DNA of 18,746 bases from Candidatus Phoenicimicrobium oleiphilum. Its GTDB lineage: Bacteria; Atribacterota; Phoenicimicrobiia; Phoenicimicrobiales; Phoenicimicrobiaceae. Shown here piece after piece: positions 8,504 through 17,551 of this stretch. The stretch spans positions 1,520 through 20,265 of the forward strand of contig JBDIWJ010000036.1 in NCBI GenBank assembly GCA_039638295.1. The letters are read 5' to 3'. A program made the translations under genes and the position numbers. The stretch's first letter is position 1. Each line of letters starts with the position of its first letter. The notes below the pieces were generated by a model that made no database searches, was not told where the DNA came from, and saw only the letters and a program-made list of their open reading frames with translations.

Positions 8504-9694
8504 CTATACTAAAGCTTTATAGCTAAACTTATTTGCTACTAATTCCAAAACTATCTTGGTTACTACAATTGCAGTGAACATACTAGCTAAAATACCTATA
8601 CTTAATGTTACTGCAAATCCTTTAATGGGCCCTGTGCCAAAATAAAATAAAGCAAGAGCTGCAATTAAAGTAGTAACATTGGCATCAAATATAGTGCGGA
8701 ATGCCTTACTGAAACCGGCGTCAATTGAGGCTCGAAAAGTTTTCTCTAATTTCAATTCCTCTTTTATTCTTTCAAAGATTAGAATATTAGCATCTACCGC
8801 CATACCGATGGTGAGGATTATTCCAGCTATTCCAGGTAAAGTCAAGGTTGCCTTTATACCGGCCAAAGCTCCTACTATTAGCAGCATACATACGACCAAG
8901 GCAAAATTTGCTATTAATCCAAACCCTTTATAATAAATTAACATAAAGAGTAAAATTAAAATTAATCCAACTATCCCTGCTTTTACCCCTTTAGAAATGG
9001 AATCTCTTCCTAAAGTAGGACCTACAGATCTATTCTCTAAAATTTCTACTTGTACAGGTAATGCACCTGCTCGCAAGAGGATAGCCAAATGTTTTGCACT
9101 TTCTACGGTAAATTTTCCAGTAATTTGGGCCTTCCCATCAAGAATTGGTTCCTGAACAACAGGAGCAGATATTTCTTTTCCATCTAAAGTAATCGCCAGA
9201 ATTTTCCCTACATTATTCTTAGTTGCCTCTCCAAATTCTTTAGCTCCAATCTTATCAAACTCAATTAAAACAATAGGACGACCAAATTGATCGAAACTTT
9301 CTTTAGCATTTAATAAATGAGCTCCAGTTAGTTGTGTTTCTCCTTTCTCATTTTTAAATTCCAGTAGAGCAGTTTTGCCAATTACTTCCACAGCTGCCTC
9401 AGGATCGTCTACCCCGGGTAATTGAACTAAAATGCGTTTTGCTCCCTGTCTTTGAATTACTGGTTCTGAAACACCTAATTGGTCGATTCGATTTCTTATA
9501 ATCTCCAAAACTCTATTTACAGAATCGCTATCTACAGGGGCATTTGGAGTGTCTACACACTCTAAAATAATATGAGAACCTCCTTGTAAATCTAATCCCA
9601 AATTTATCTTTTCATTTAGAGGAAACGATAATATAATTGCAATAAAAATTACTACAAAGATGCTGGTGACCCTCAATGTTTTAGTCCAATTCAT
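8504..9694 (-). CDS. secD: Protein translocase subunit SecD
   Basis: LGLDLQGG, RIDQLGVSEP, LRAGALP, VGPTLG, GMAVDANILIFERIKEE and DANVTT motifs. Confidence 0.97.
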   Translation of the reverse strand: MNWTKTLRVTSIFVVIFIAIILSFPLNEKINLGLDLQGGSHIILECVDTPNAPVDSDSVNRVLEIIRNRIDQLGVSEPVIQRQGAKRILVQLPGVDDPEAAVEVIGKTALLEFKNEKGETQLTGAHLLNAKESFDQFGRPIVLIEFDKIGAKEFGEATKNNVGKILAITLDGKEISAPVVQEPILDGKAQITGKFTVESAKHLAILLRAGALPVQVEILENRSVGPTLGRDSISKGVKAGIVGLILILLFMLIYYKGFGLIANFALVVCMLLIVGALAGIKATLTLPGIAGIILTIGMAVDANILIFERIKEELKLEKTFRASIDAGFSKAFRTIFDANVTTLIAALALFYFGTGPIKGFAVTLSIGILASMFTAIVVTKIVLELVANKFSYKALV

Positions 9695-9771
9695 ATAAAA
9701 ATCCTCTCTTTCTAATTTTTTCCTATCTTTTTGTCTTTAAATAATTTAAAATCCCGTTTATTAACTTAATA

Positions 9772-9801
9772 ATTATAATATTTTAACATTTTCTTTGTCA
9801 A
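9772..9801 (-). promoter_or_regulatory. Sigma70/SigA-type promoter for secDF
   Basis: Perfect TTGACA (9801-9796), 18-nt spacer, perfect TATAAT (9777-9772) on the minus strand. Confidence 0.75.
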
Positions 9802-9840
9802 CGATAAGAACAACTAAGATGTTAATATACAAAAATATAA

Positions 9841-9870
9841 AGGCAGGTATAATAAAATGAATACCTGCCT
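9841..9870 (-). terminator. Probable intrinsic terminator after yajC
   Basis: Perfect 10-bp inverted repeat AGGCAGGTAT/ATACCTGCCT with a 10-nt loop, followed on the minus strand by TTATATTTTT. Confidence 0.75.
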
Positions 9871-9929
9871 CTCTATTATTGGGGTTATATATGTCTCTAT
9901 ATACTTTTTCCCCTTTTTAGATTATTTTT

Positions 9930-10190
9930 TTATTTTTCTCGTTTTACCCCAATAGCACTGCGGGTAGTATTTATCATTACATCCTTGGCAATTTCTAAAG
10001 TTAAAGTTTCGCCCTTGATATCTCTAATTATGCCATATATACCCCCAATGGTAATCACTTTGTCTCCCTTTTGTAAACTATCCAGCATTAATTTATGTTT
10101 TTTCTGTTTTTGTTGTTGAGGACGAATAAGTATGAAATAAAATATACCAAATATAATAATCAAAGGTAAAAATTGTTGAAGAGATTCCAT
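9930..10190 (-). CDS. yajC: Preprotein translocase subunit YajC
   Basis: N-terminal TM ending YFILIRPQ, then L.KGDKVITIGGIYG; lies between tgt and secD. Confidence 0.96.
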   Translation of the reverse strand: MESLQQFLPLIIIFGIFYFILIRPQQQKQKKHKLMLDSLQKGDKVITIGGIYGIIRDIKGETLTLEIAKDVMINTTRSAIGVKREK

Positions 10191-10238
10191 TTTTATTTAT
10201 CACGCCTTTCTTTTTTTATTTTAAAAAATATCGTTTAA

Positions 10239-10267
10239 ATTATACACAATTTAATTTTATTTGGCAA
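10239..10267 (-). promoter_or_regulatory. Sigma70/SigA-type promoter for yajC
   Basis: TTGCCA (10267-10262), 17-nt spacer, TATAAT (10244-10239). Confidence 0.7.
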
Positions 10268-10356
10268 ATTATTTTTATATTTTTCCAACACGAAACCCGC
10301 CGATACACAATACATGATAACAGTATATTCTGTCTTCCAGCTACTTTTAATGTTAT

Positions 10357-11466
10357 TTAACTCAAAAAATTGGTAAGGGATTCTTCTTTAAATTCTAATA
10401 ATCTATCTTCTAATAACGCTAATCTTATATTTTTCATTAAATTAGACATAAAATAAAGATTATGGATAGTCCCCAGAATTGAACCAAGCATTTCCTTAGA
10501 AGTATATAAATGACGGAGATAGGCTTTAGTGAAATTCTGACAGGTATAACACTGGCATTTATCATCTAAGGGAGTGAAATCATTTTTGTATTTAGCATTG
10601 GTTATGGTTAATTTACCAGAAGAGGTAAACAAAGAACCGTTTCTTCCATTTCTAGTAGGGAGAACACAATCAAACATATCAATCCCCCTTACAACTCCTT
10701 CTAATATACTCTGCGGAGCTCCTACCCCCATTAAATATCGAGGTTTACTGATTGGCAAACAAGGTACTGTATAATCCAAAACTTCATACATTAAAGATTT
10801 TGGTTCGCCTACACTTAATCCTCCTATGGCATAACCCGGAAAGTCTAATTCTACTAATTTATTAGCATTCTCAATCCTTAAATCTTTAAAGGTGCCTCCC
10901 TGAACAATTCCAAATAAACTCTGATTAGTGCTATGATGTGCTTCTTTGCATCTCTTTGCCCATTGAATAGTCCTTCGAGCAGCAATTTCTACCTGATATT
11001 TCCCCGAAGGGTAAGGAGTACATTCATCAAAAGCCATTGCGATATCAGAACCCAAGGCCATCTGGATTTCCATAGCCTTTTCAGGATTTATAAAATGCCT
11101 TGAACCATCAATATGAGAATTAAAAAATACTCCATCATCATCTACTTTATTTAACTCCCCTAAACTAAAAATCTGAAACCCACCACTATCAGTTAATATG
11201 GTCCCTCTCCAGCCCATAAACTTATGCAATCCACCAGCTTGAGCAATCAAATTATATCCGGGCCTTAAATATAGATGATAAGAATTACTCAGGATAATCT
11301 TAATTCCCAGCCTTTCTAATTCTTGAGGAGTCATAGCTTTAACTGTTGCTTGAGTACCTACTGGCATAAATACTGGAGTTTCAATTGCCCCATGAGGAGT
11401 AAATAACTTCCCTAATCTTGCATTTGTATTCTTACATTCCTTAATAATTTCAAATTTAATAGACAA
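10357..11466 (-). CDS. tgt: tRNA-guanine(34) transglycosylase
   Basis: [39 protein letters not shown] and CQCYTC...H zinc site; TTG start after GAGGT. Confidence 0.98.
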   Translation of the reverse strand: MSIKFEIIKECKNTNARLGKLFTPHGAIETPVFMPVGTQATVKAMTPQELERLGIKIILSNSYHLYLRPGYNLIAQAGGLHKFMGWRGTILTDSGGFQIFSLGELNKVDDDGVFFNSHIDGSRHFINPEKAMEIQMALGSDIAMAFDECTPYPSGKYQVEIAARRTIQWAKRCKEAHHSTNQSLFGIVQGGTFKDLRIENANKLVELDFPGYAIGGLSVGEPKSLMYEVLDYTVPCLPISKPRYLMGVGAPQSILEGVVRGIDMFDCVLPTRNGRNGSLFTSSGKLTITNAKYKNDFTPLDDKCQCYTCQNFTKAYLRHLYTSKEMLGSILGTIHNLYFMSNLMKNIRLALLEDRLLEFKEESLTNFLS

Positions 11467-11503
11467 ATGTATATAACCTCTTAATTCACATTTTTAAATT
11501 ATG

Positions 11504-11656
11504 CGAATATTGTATTTCGTATATCACATATAGTAAAGATGGTAATACGGTTAGCCAGTTTGCCGCTTACCCAGTCAAAGAATTAAAATCGACTTTCTTA
11601 ACTATGTAACTGGTAAACAGGGTAACTGGGTAACTAATACGCGATACTATATACTA
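11504..11656. repeat. Nested inverted 7-mer/8-mer arrays in the tgt-queA spacer
   Basis: CGAATAT-TGTATTT-CGTATAT-CACATAT, then ..CCAGTT octamers, spacer, then TAACTGG octamers and AATACGC-GATACTA-TATACTA. Perfect IR TTACCCAGT (11567-11575)/ACTGGGTAA (11625-11633). Confidence 0.8.
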
Positions 11657-11660
11657 ACAA

Positions 11661-12689
11661 TTATACAATCATCATCGAATCTCCAAAGCTATAAAATCTA
11701 TATTTTTCTCTTATTGCCTCTTGATATGCTTTAAAAATAAAATCCTTTCCGGCAAAAGCAGCTGAAAGCAATAAAGGGGTTGATTGAGGAAGATGAAAAT
11801 TAGTAATTAACACATCTACTATTCTAAATTTATAACCAGGGTAAATAAACATATTAGTCCAATTATTACCAATTAAAATTCCATCTTTATTAAAATTAAC
11901 AGCAGACTCTAAAGTACGAGTTGTGCTAGTTCCAACCGAAATAACTCGTCTCTTTTCACTACGAGCACAATTAATCTTTTGTGCAACATCTGGGGAGATA
12001 GAATAAAATTCTGAAGACATTTTATGCTTTTCTATTTCAGAAACTCTTATAGGTTCAAAAGTTCCTCGACCAACATGAAGAGTTATATAAACTATTTCTA
12101 TACCTTTGTTCTTAAGTTCTTTTAATAAAGGTTTAGTAAAATGAAAACCAGCGGTGGGAGCAGCAATTGAACCATCTTGAACCGCAAAAACCGTTTGATA
12201 ATCATCCCTTTCCTTCAATTCTTCTTTGATATAAGGAGGAGTAGGCATCTTTCCAATTTTTTTTAATATTTCTTTAAAGTCACCAGCAAAACTAAATTCG
12301 ATAATATAACTACCTTTTTTTTCATCCTTAGCTTTAACTATTCCACTTAATTCATTACCAAAGATTATTTTAGTTCCGTTATAAATGTTTTTGCCAGGCT
12401 TAATCAAAATTTCCCAGCATATATCGTTTAAAGATTTAAGCAGTAATATTTCTACTTTTCCTTTAGTTTTTTCTTTAATACCAAAGATCCTGGCGGGTAT
12501 AACTTTAGTATTGTTTAAAACTAAAAGATCCCCCTCTTTTAGATAATTTCCAATATTTTTAAAAATGTCATGTTTAATTTCTTTTTTTAACCTGTGCAAA
12601 ACCATTAAACGACTGTGATCTCTTGGCTTAATTGGCTTTTGTGCAATAAATCCAGGAGGAAGATAATAATTAAATTCTTCTAATTTCAT
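11661..12689 (-). CDS. queA: S-adenosylmethionine:tRNA ribosyltransferase-isomerase
   Basis: IAQ.P, N.TKVIPAR, PPYI, YQTVFA, AAPTAGFHF, TLHVG, TNFHLP and YRFYSFGD motifs. Confidence 0.98.
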   Translation of the reverse strand: MKLEEFNYYLPPGFIAQKPIKPRDHSRLMVLHRLKKEIKHDIFKNIGNYLKEGDLLVLNNTKVIPARIFGIKEKTKGKVEILLLKSLNDICWEILIKPGKNIYNGTKIIFGNELSGIVKAKDEKKGSYIIEFSFAGDFKEILKKIGKMPTPPYIKEELKERDDYQTVFAVQDGSIAAPTAGFHFTKPLLKELKNKGIEIVYITLHVGRGTFEPIRVSEIEKHKMSSEFYSISPDVAQKINCARSEKRRVISVGTSTTRTLESAVNFNKDGILIGNNWTNMFIYPGYKFRIVDVLITNFHLPQSTPLLLSAAFAGKDFIFKAYQEAIREKYRFYSFGDSMMIV

Positions 12690-12710
12690 TTCTAATCCAC
12701 TTCTGCAATT

Positions 12711-14123
12711 TCAATATTTTTTAATAATATTTATTCCTTGATAATAATATTTTAATATATCTTGATATTTATAACCTTGAAGAGCCATGCCATAAGCACC
12801 CCATTGAGACATTCCCACCCCATGTCCATTACCAGAACCAGAAAACAAAAAACTTAAAGGAACATATAAGGTCTTAACAGTTTCTACCGTGGTTATTTCC
12901 TGTTCTTTTTCCTGCTCTTTCTCTTTTTTCTCTTCCTCTCTTCTTTTTTTCATTAATTCTATTAATTCATTAATAGTCCATTCTTTTTTTTGCTCCAAAA
13001 TCTCTTTTATTGACTCTTTCTGAATTTGCTTCTCTTTAATTACCTCCTTATTTTCTACATTTTTTAAGTCATTTGATTCCTCTCTTGTTGGGTTAATTTT
13101 AAAAAGTGTACTTCTAATCAGATCTGGTCCAATCAATTTTCTAAAATCGTTAGCTTTTATATGGATAACTTCATTACTCTCAGAAATAAACGCTAATTTA
13201 CTCACTCTGCCAGTTTTAGTCTTTTCAACCGGTTCAATTGAAAGCACAGAATTTATTTTATATCCTTGTTTATTTAATTTATCTACCAATTCTTCTTTGG
13301 TTATTGAATAAATCCAATTATGATGAGGTGGTGAAACAATTTCTTCATATTTTGACTCTACACTTCTTAGATAAGGAACATATTCCCCCCATACGTTTTC
13401 ACTATCTTCAGTATATCCTCCACTGTCAGAATGATATACAGCATTAATTGGTTCTCCTTTATAAACCATAATCAATCCTCTGGTCTCATCAACTGCTCTA
13501 TTAGTTAATGGATCTTCATGGTTTACCCCGCCATAGGCTTGACTATTGGTAGAAGCACAAATATTATAACCTTTATCAATATATTTATTCATATTAAAGA
13601 TAGCAAAAGTTCGGGCAGCAATTGCTTGAGCCTTTAAAACCTCTATGGGCCAGCGCGGGGATATTTCTTTTTTCATAACTCCATAAAGGTACTCTTCAAT
13701 TCCTATTACATTAATTACATCCAACTTTTTATAATCTTTATTAATAACTACCTCGATATTCCCCCTATACCTATACTTTTGACCCTTAATAATGACTATA
13801 ATTTTTGTATCTCCTACTGGAACAATATTTAATAATCCAGAGTAAACTCCTATCCCCAGTACTTCTATTCCTTTTTTATGTGGTAATATCTTAATAATCT
13901 TATTTTTTTCTTCACTTATGAGTCCTTTTGTTTTTAGATTATAAATCTTAAAAGGGCCATCTCCGCTAATATTAACTTCATCTTGATTTAAAAAAATTCC
14001 TACTCGAAGTATAGGCTGTTTTTCTGCTGCTAACATACTATTAGAAAATACAAGCAGTAAAAAAATACAAATTCCTAAAAATAAAAAAATTTTTTTTGTC
14101 TTTCCTCTATCTATTTTTCTCAA
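12711..14123 (-). CDS. SpoIID/LytB-domain protein (putative lytic transglycosylase) with N-terminal signal/TM segment and a charged insertion
   Basis: YRG, EEYLYGV..E (catalytic Glu), LKAQAIAARTFA, YHSDSGG, PYLRSV and GHGVGMSQWGA...ILKYYY; TTG start after GAGGAG. Confidence 0.93.
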   Translation of the reverse strand: MRKIDRGKTKKIFLFLGICIFLLLVFSNSMLAAEKQPILRVGIFLNQDEVNISGDGPFKIYNLKTKGLISEEKNKIIKILPHKKGIEVLGIGVYSGLLNIVPVGDTKIIVIIKGQKYRYRGNIEVVINKDYKKLDVINVIGIEEYLYGVMKKEISPRWPIEVLKAQAIAARTFAIFNMNKYIDKGYNICASTNSQAYGGVNHEDPLTNRAVDETRGLIMVYKGEPINAVYHSDSGGYTEDSENVWGEYVPYLRSVESKYEEIVSPPHHNWIYSITKEELVDKLNKQGYKINSVLSIEPVEKTKTGRVSKLAFISESNEVIHIKANDFRKLIGPDLIRSTLFKINPTREESNDLKNVENKEVIKEKQIQKESIKEILEQKKEWTINELIELMKKRREEEKKEKEQEKEQEITTVETVKTLYVPLSFLFSGSGNGHGVGMSQWGAYGMALQGYKYQDILKYYYQGINIIKKY

Positions 14124-14200
14124 CTAATTTATCTCCTCTTTCAATTCTTCGTTCGTGTTTCTTTCTTAAAATATCTTATGATGGCATTATAACCGAGATT

Positions 14201-14294
14201 TTTTTACATTTTTACCTTTATATTTCCCTTTCTTTTTTCTTTCCTCATCACTACACTGCTGTGATACTATACGCAATCCGCTGGACACTCTACG
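14201..14294. repeat. Degenerate octamer and heptamer arrays in the spoIID-ruvB spacer
   Basis: TTTTTACA-TTTTTACC (14201-14216); CTATACG-CAATCCG-CTGGACA-CTCTACG (14267-14294). Confidence 0.55.
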
Positions 14295-14303
14295 ATTGCT
14301 TTA

Positions 14304-15332
14304 CTACAACAATTTTCCCTGAACATCCTCTTTTCTTTTCTTGCCAAAATATTTATAAGTTAAATCTGTTGCTACTCTTCCCTTGGGGGTTCGATGAAGA
14401 AAGCCCCTTTGTAAAAGATAAGGTTCATATACATCGCTAATAGTATCAGCATCTTCACTGATGGAAGCTGCTAATGTTTGCAGTCCTACAGGCCCACCTG
14501 AAAATTTTTCTATTATAGTCAGTAGTAATTTTTTGTCTACATCACATAAGCCAAAACTATCAATTTCCATCATCTTTAAGCCAAAATCAGCAATTTCTTT
14601 AGTAATAACACCTTGACCTTTTATTTGGGCATAATCACGAAGCCTTCGTAATAGTCTATTGGCAATACGAGGAGTTCCTCTTGACCTCTCTGCGATTTTC
14701 TTGGCTGCTTCTTTGGTTATTCCAACTTTTAAAATTTGAGAAGATCTCATCACTATCTGCTCTAATTCATTTTCTTGATAGTAACCAACTCGAGTTATAA
14801 CCCCGAAACGACTTCTTAAAGGCGAGGTAATTAATCCTGTACGAGTAGTTGCTCCGATAAGAGTAAATTTTGGTAAGCTTATACGAATAGAACGCGCGCT
14901 CGGACCTTTACCAATTAAAATGTCTAATTCGAAATCTTCCATGGCTGGATATAATATTTCCTCTACTGCCCGATTCAATCGGTGAATCTCATCTATAAAT
15001 AAAACATCATTCTCTTGTAGATTGGTAATTATTGCTGCTAAATCTCCTGCTCTTTCTATTACTGGTCCAGAAGTCATCTTAATATTTACCCCCATTTCAT
15101 TGGATATTATATAAGCTAAGGTAGTTTTTCCTAAACCTGGGGGGCCATATAAAAGAATATGATCAATAGGTTCCTTTCTTTTTCGCGCAGCACTGATGTA
15201 AATTTTAAAATTCTTTCTAATATTTTCCTGACCAATAAATTCTGTAAATAATTTTGGCCTTAAATTTATATCTAAATCTGGTTCTTCTTTTCTCAACCCT
15301 AAATCAATAGTTTTTTCTTTTTTAAATTCCAT
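14304..15332 (-). CDS. ruvB: Holliday junction branch migration helicase RuvB
   Basis: LRP, Walker [12 protein letters not shown], Walker [27 protein letters not shown] and RTPKGR. Confidence 0.98.
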   Translation of the reverse strand: MEFKKEKTIDLGLRKEEPDLDINLRPKLFTEFIGQENIRKNFKIYISAARKRKEPIDHILLYGPPGLGKTTLAYIISNEMGVNIKMTSGPVIERAGDLAAIITNLQENDVLFIDEIHRLNRAVEEILYPAMEDFELDILIGKGPSARSIRISLPKFTLIGATTRTGLITSPLRSRFGVITRVGYYQENELEQIVMRSSQILKVGITKEAAKKIAERSRGTPRIANRLLRRLRDYAQIKGQGVITKEIADFGLKMMEIDSFGLCDVDKKLLLTIIEKFSGGPVGLQTLAASISEDADTISDVYEPYLLQRGFLHRTPKGRVATDLTYKYFGKKRKEDVQGKLL

Positions 15333-15414
15333 TAAATTTCTCCATTAAAGTTTATAATAAAATCTACTAGAATGATTATAATAGTCCATACATAAAACTA
15401 TTAATGACTAAAAT

Positions 15415-16005
15415 TCATCTAATAATTTTTAAAGATTCTTTAATTAGTTCTTCAAGAGTTAATTCCCGATTAATTTTTTCTTGAGTTTTTTCCACCGCCA
15501 TTTTTGCTTTTTTATAAGTATAACCCAATGCTTTAAGGGCATCTATAGCATCGTCTATAATCCCTGGTTTATATTTTTTTTCTAGACCTACCTCAAAAAG
15601 AGTGGTCTTACTTATCTTTTCCTTTAGTTCTAATACAATTTTTTTTGCTAACTTATTACCAACTCCAGCTATCGTAGTAATTGAATCCAAATCTTCTTGT
15701 AAAATTGCTTTTTTAAAATCATCGGGAGTCATTTTGGATAGAATACTCAAACCCACTTTTGGACCAATACCTGGTGTACTAATTAGTAATTCAAAAAAAT
15801 TTTCTTCCTCCTTAGTAAAAAATCCATAAAGCATTATTTTATCTTCTCTTAAATATAGATAAGTATAAATTTTAGTTTTATCACCGACTTTTATAGGAAG
15901 ATTATTATAGGTGGGAATATTAATTTGATAGCCTATATTGCCTATGTTTAATATAAGATAATTTATTCCGACTGTATCAACTATTCCTTCCAGAAAAGAT
16001 ATCAA
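15415..16005 (-). CDS. ruvA: Holliday junction branch migration protein RuvA
   Basis: GY.I, LRED..LYGF, GIGPK and GVGNKLA HhH motifs, AL.ALGY. Start set to the TTG at 16005 after GGAGG. Confidence 0.96.
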   Translation of the reverse strand: MISFLEGIVDTVGINYLILNIGNIGYQINIPTYNNLPIKVGDKTKIYTYLYLREDKIMLYGFFTKEEENFFELLISTPGIGPKVGLSILSKMTPDDFKKAILQEDLDSITTIAGVGNKLAKKIVLELKEKISKTTLFEVGLEKKYKPGIIDDAIDALKALGYTYKKAKMAVEKTQEKINRELTLEELIKESLKIIR

Positions 16006-16025
16006 ATTTAGACCTCCCATAATAA

Positions 16026-16194
16026 TAGTTAGCTGGTTTGGTGCTAATTATTCAACTAATTAACCAAGTGACTAACTAACCAACTAACTAATTCTTAGTG
16101 ATATACGATTTATGAAATACGATAAATAAATTTGATTCCTGATTTTAGTTTTCTACTCTCTTAACACGATACGCAATACGCGATACTCGATACT
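16026..16194. repeat. Stack of tandem arrays in the ruvA-ruvC spacer
   Basis: CAACTAAT-TAACCAAG-TGACTAAC-TAACCAAC-TAACTAAT (16053-16092); GATATAC-GATTTAT-GAAATAC-GATAAAT (16100-16127); CGATACG-CAATACG-CGATACT-CGATACT (16167-16194). Confidence 0.88.
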
Positions 16195-16197
16195 TAT

Positions 16198-16668
16198 TTA
16201 ATACTTAGTATGCACATGACATATTGCTACAGCTAAAGCATCTGCGGCATGGTCAGGGCGAGGAATTTCGGGTAAATTGAGCAGGATTTTAACCATTGAT
16301 TGAACCTGGAACTTATCTGCTCTTCCATTTCCTACAGTTGCCTGCTTGACCTGTAGGGGAGTATATTCATAAAGCTCTAACCCGATTAAGGAAACGGTTA
16401 AAGCTACCGCACCACTCACTTTGCTCACCATAAGTGCAGTCCGAGTATTTTTATTAAAAAATATCTCTTCTATAACCACTTCATGGGGTTTATGTTTTTC
16501 AATAATTTCCTTTAGCCCATAATATATCTTTTCTAATCGAACCTTAAAGGTGTCTTTTTTATCAGTAGTTATGCAACCATAATCAATTAGAACAATTTCT
16601 TTCTTCTCATACTGAATTAGACCATACCCAATATGGGTAAGCCCAGGATCAATACCTAATATAATCAC
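16198..16668 (-). CDS. ruvC: Crossover junction endodeoxyribonuclease RuvC
   Basis: ILGIDPG, IEEIFF, EYTPLQVK, G.GRADK.QV and DHAADALAVAICH; GTG start overlaps the yebC stop (GTGA). Confidence 0.97.
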   Translation of the reverse strand: MIILGIDPGLTHIGYGLIQYEKKEIVLIDYGCITTDKKDTFKVRLEKIYYGLKEIIEKHKPHEVVIEEIFFNKNTRTALMVSKVSGAVALTVSLIGLELYEYTPLQVKQATVGNGRADKFQVQSMVKILLNLPEIPRPDHAADALAVAICHVHTKY

Positions 16669-17429
16669 GATTTGTTCCTACTTGTTGATATTTCTTCCAT
16701 AATTTTGTCATCTATATTAAAGTTAGCATAAACTTTTTGTACATCATCATGATCTTCTAATTGTTCCATTAAGTTAAGCATTTGCATCGCTTTTTTACCC
16801 TCTAAATCTATTGTAGTTTTAGGAATTAAAGTAATTTCTTTTAGTAAACAATCGATATTATGTTCTTTTAACAAATTATCAAAACTTTCATAATTTTCAG
16901 GTATGGTAATCACTTCAATATTTTGTTTATCAGTTCGCACATCTTCAGCTTCAGCTTCAAGAGCTAAATCAATAATTTTTTCTTCATCTATTGCTTCTTT
17001 TTCAAAGATAAAATAACCTCTTTTATCAAACATCCATGCAACGCAACCATTCTCGCCTAAATTACCACCGTTCCTGGAAAATATTTTTCTGATTTCTGGG
17101 GTTGTTCGATTTTTATTATCAGTTAAGGCTTCTACCAAAACTGCCACCCCTCCTGGACCGTAACCTTCATACACTACTTCTTCATAAGATACTCCTGCAA
17201 TTTCACCAGTTCCTCTTTTAATCGCTCTTTCAATATTTTCATTAGGCATATTATTTTCTTTTGCTAATTGGATAGCAGTTTTTAGTCTCACATTAGTTTC
17301 AGGGTCTCCTCCTCCTGAACGAGCAGCAACAGTTATTAGTCTAATTAATTTAGTAAACAATTTACCCCTTTGAGCATCCATTTTACCTTTCTTTCTCTTA
17401 ATTGTGCTCCATTTTGAATGACCAGACAT
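16665..17429 (-). CDS. yebC: YebC/PmpR family protein
   Basis: MSGHSKW, YEGYGPGG, TDNKNRT and DDVQKVYAN motifs; AAGGAG SD. Confidence 0.96.
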   Translation of the reverse strand: MSGHSKWSTIKRKKGKMDAQRGKLFTKLIRLITVAARSGGGDPETNVRLKTAIQLAKENNMPNENIERAIKRGTGEIAGVSYEEVVYEGYGPGGVAVLVEALTDNKNRTTPEIRKIFSRNGGNLGENGCVAWMFDKRGYFIFEKEAIDEEKIIDLALEAEAEDVRTDKQNIEVITIPENYESFDNLLKEHNIDCLLKEITLIPKTTIDLEGKKAMQMLNLMEQLEDHDDVQKVYANFNIDDKIMEEISTSRNKS

Positions 17430-17488
17430 AATTTATTTCTCCTTGAATATAAAATTAATAAAACTTTAATTGCGATTAATTTTAAATA

Positions 17489-17517
17489 ATTTTAGCATAT
17501 TAAAAGAGTAGTTTCAA
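17489..17517 (-). promoter_or_regulatory. Sigma70/SigA-type promoter for yebC-ruvCAB
   Basis: TTGAAA (17517-17512), 17-nt spacer, extended -10 TGcTAAAAT (hexamer 17494-17489). Confidence 0.7.
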
Positions 17518-17523
17518 TAATAT

Positions 17524-17551
17524 AGTATCGCGTATTGCGTATCGAGTATCG
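17524..17551. repeat. Heptamer array upstream of the yebC promoter
   Basis: AGTATCG-CGTATTG-CGTATCG-AGTATCG. Confidence 0.88.

Noticed and set aside
8504..9694. Truncated secD pseudogene (396 aa)
   Set aside because: All hallmark motifs and TM segments are present; compact SecD proteins with a short periplasmic domain are common in Firmicutes-like lineages.
11467..11660. preQ1 riboswitch upstream of tgt
   Set aside because: No AGAGGTTCTAG...CCCTCT-type core with an A-rich tail; the region is explained by the nested arrays.
12711..14123. Evidence of sporulation
   Set aside because: SpoIID/LytB-domain genes between ruvB and queA also occur in non-sporulating bacteria, and no other spo genes are present here.
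1659..15829. All plus-strand ORFs in the track (e.g. 4028-4324, 4676-4960, 5806-6186, 8679-8933, 14096-14440, 15602-15829)
   Set aside because: They lie mostly antisense to well-conserved minus-strand genes, have no recognisable motifs and look like shadow ORFs.
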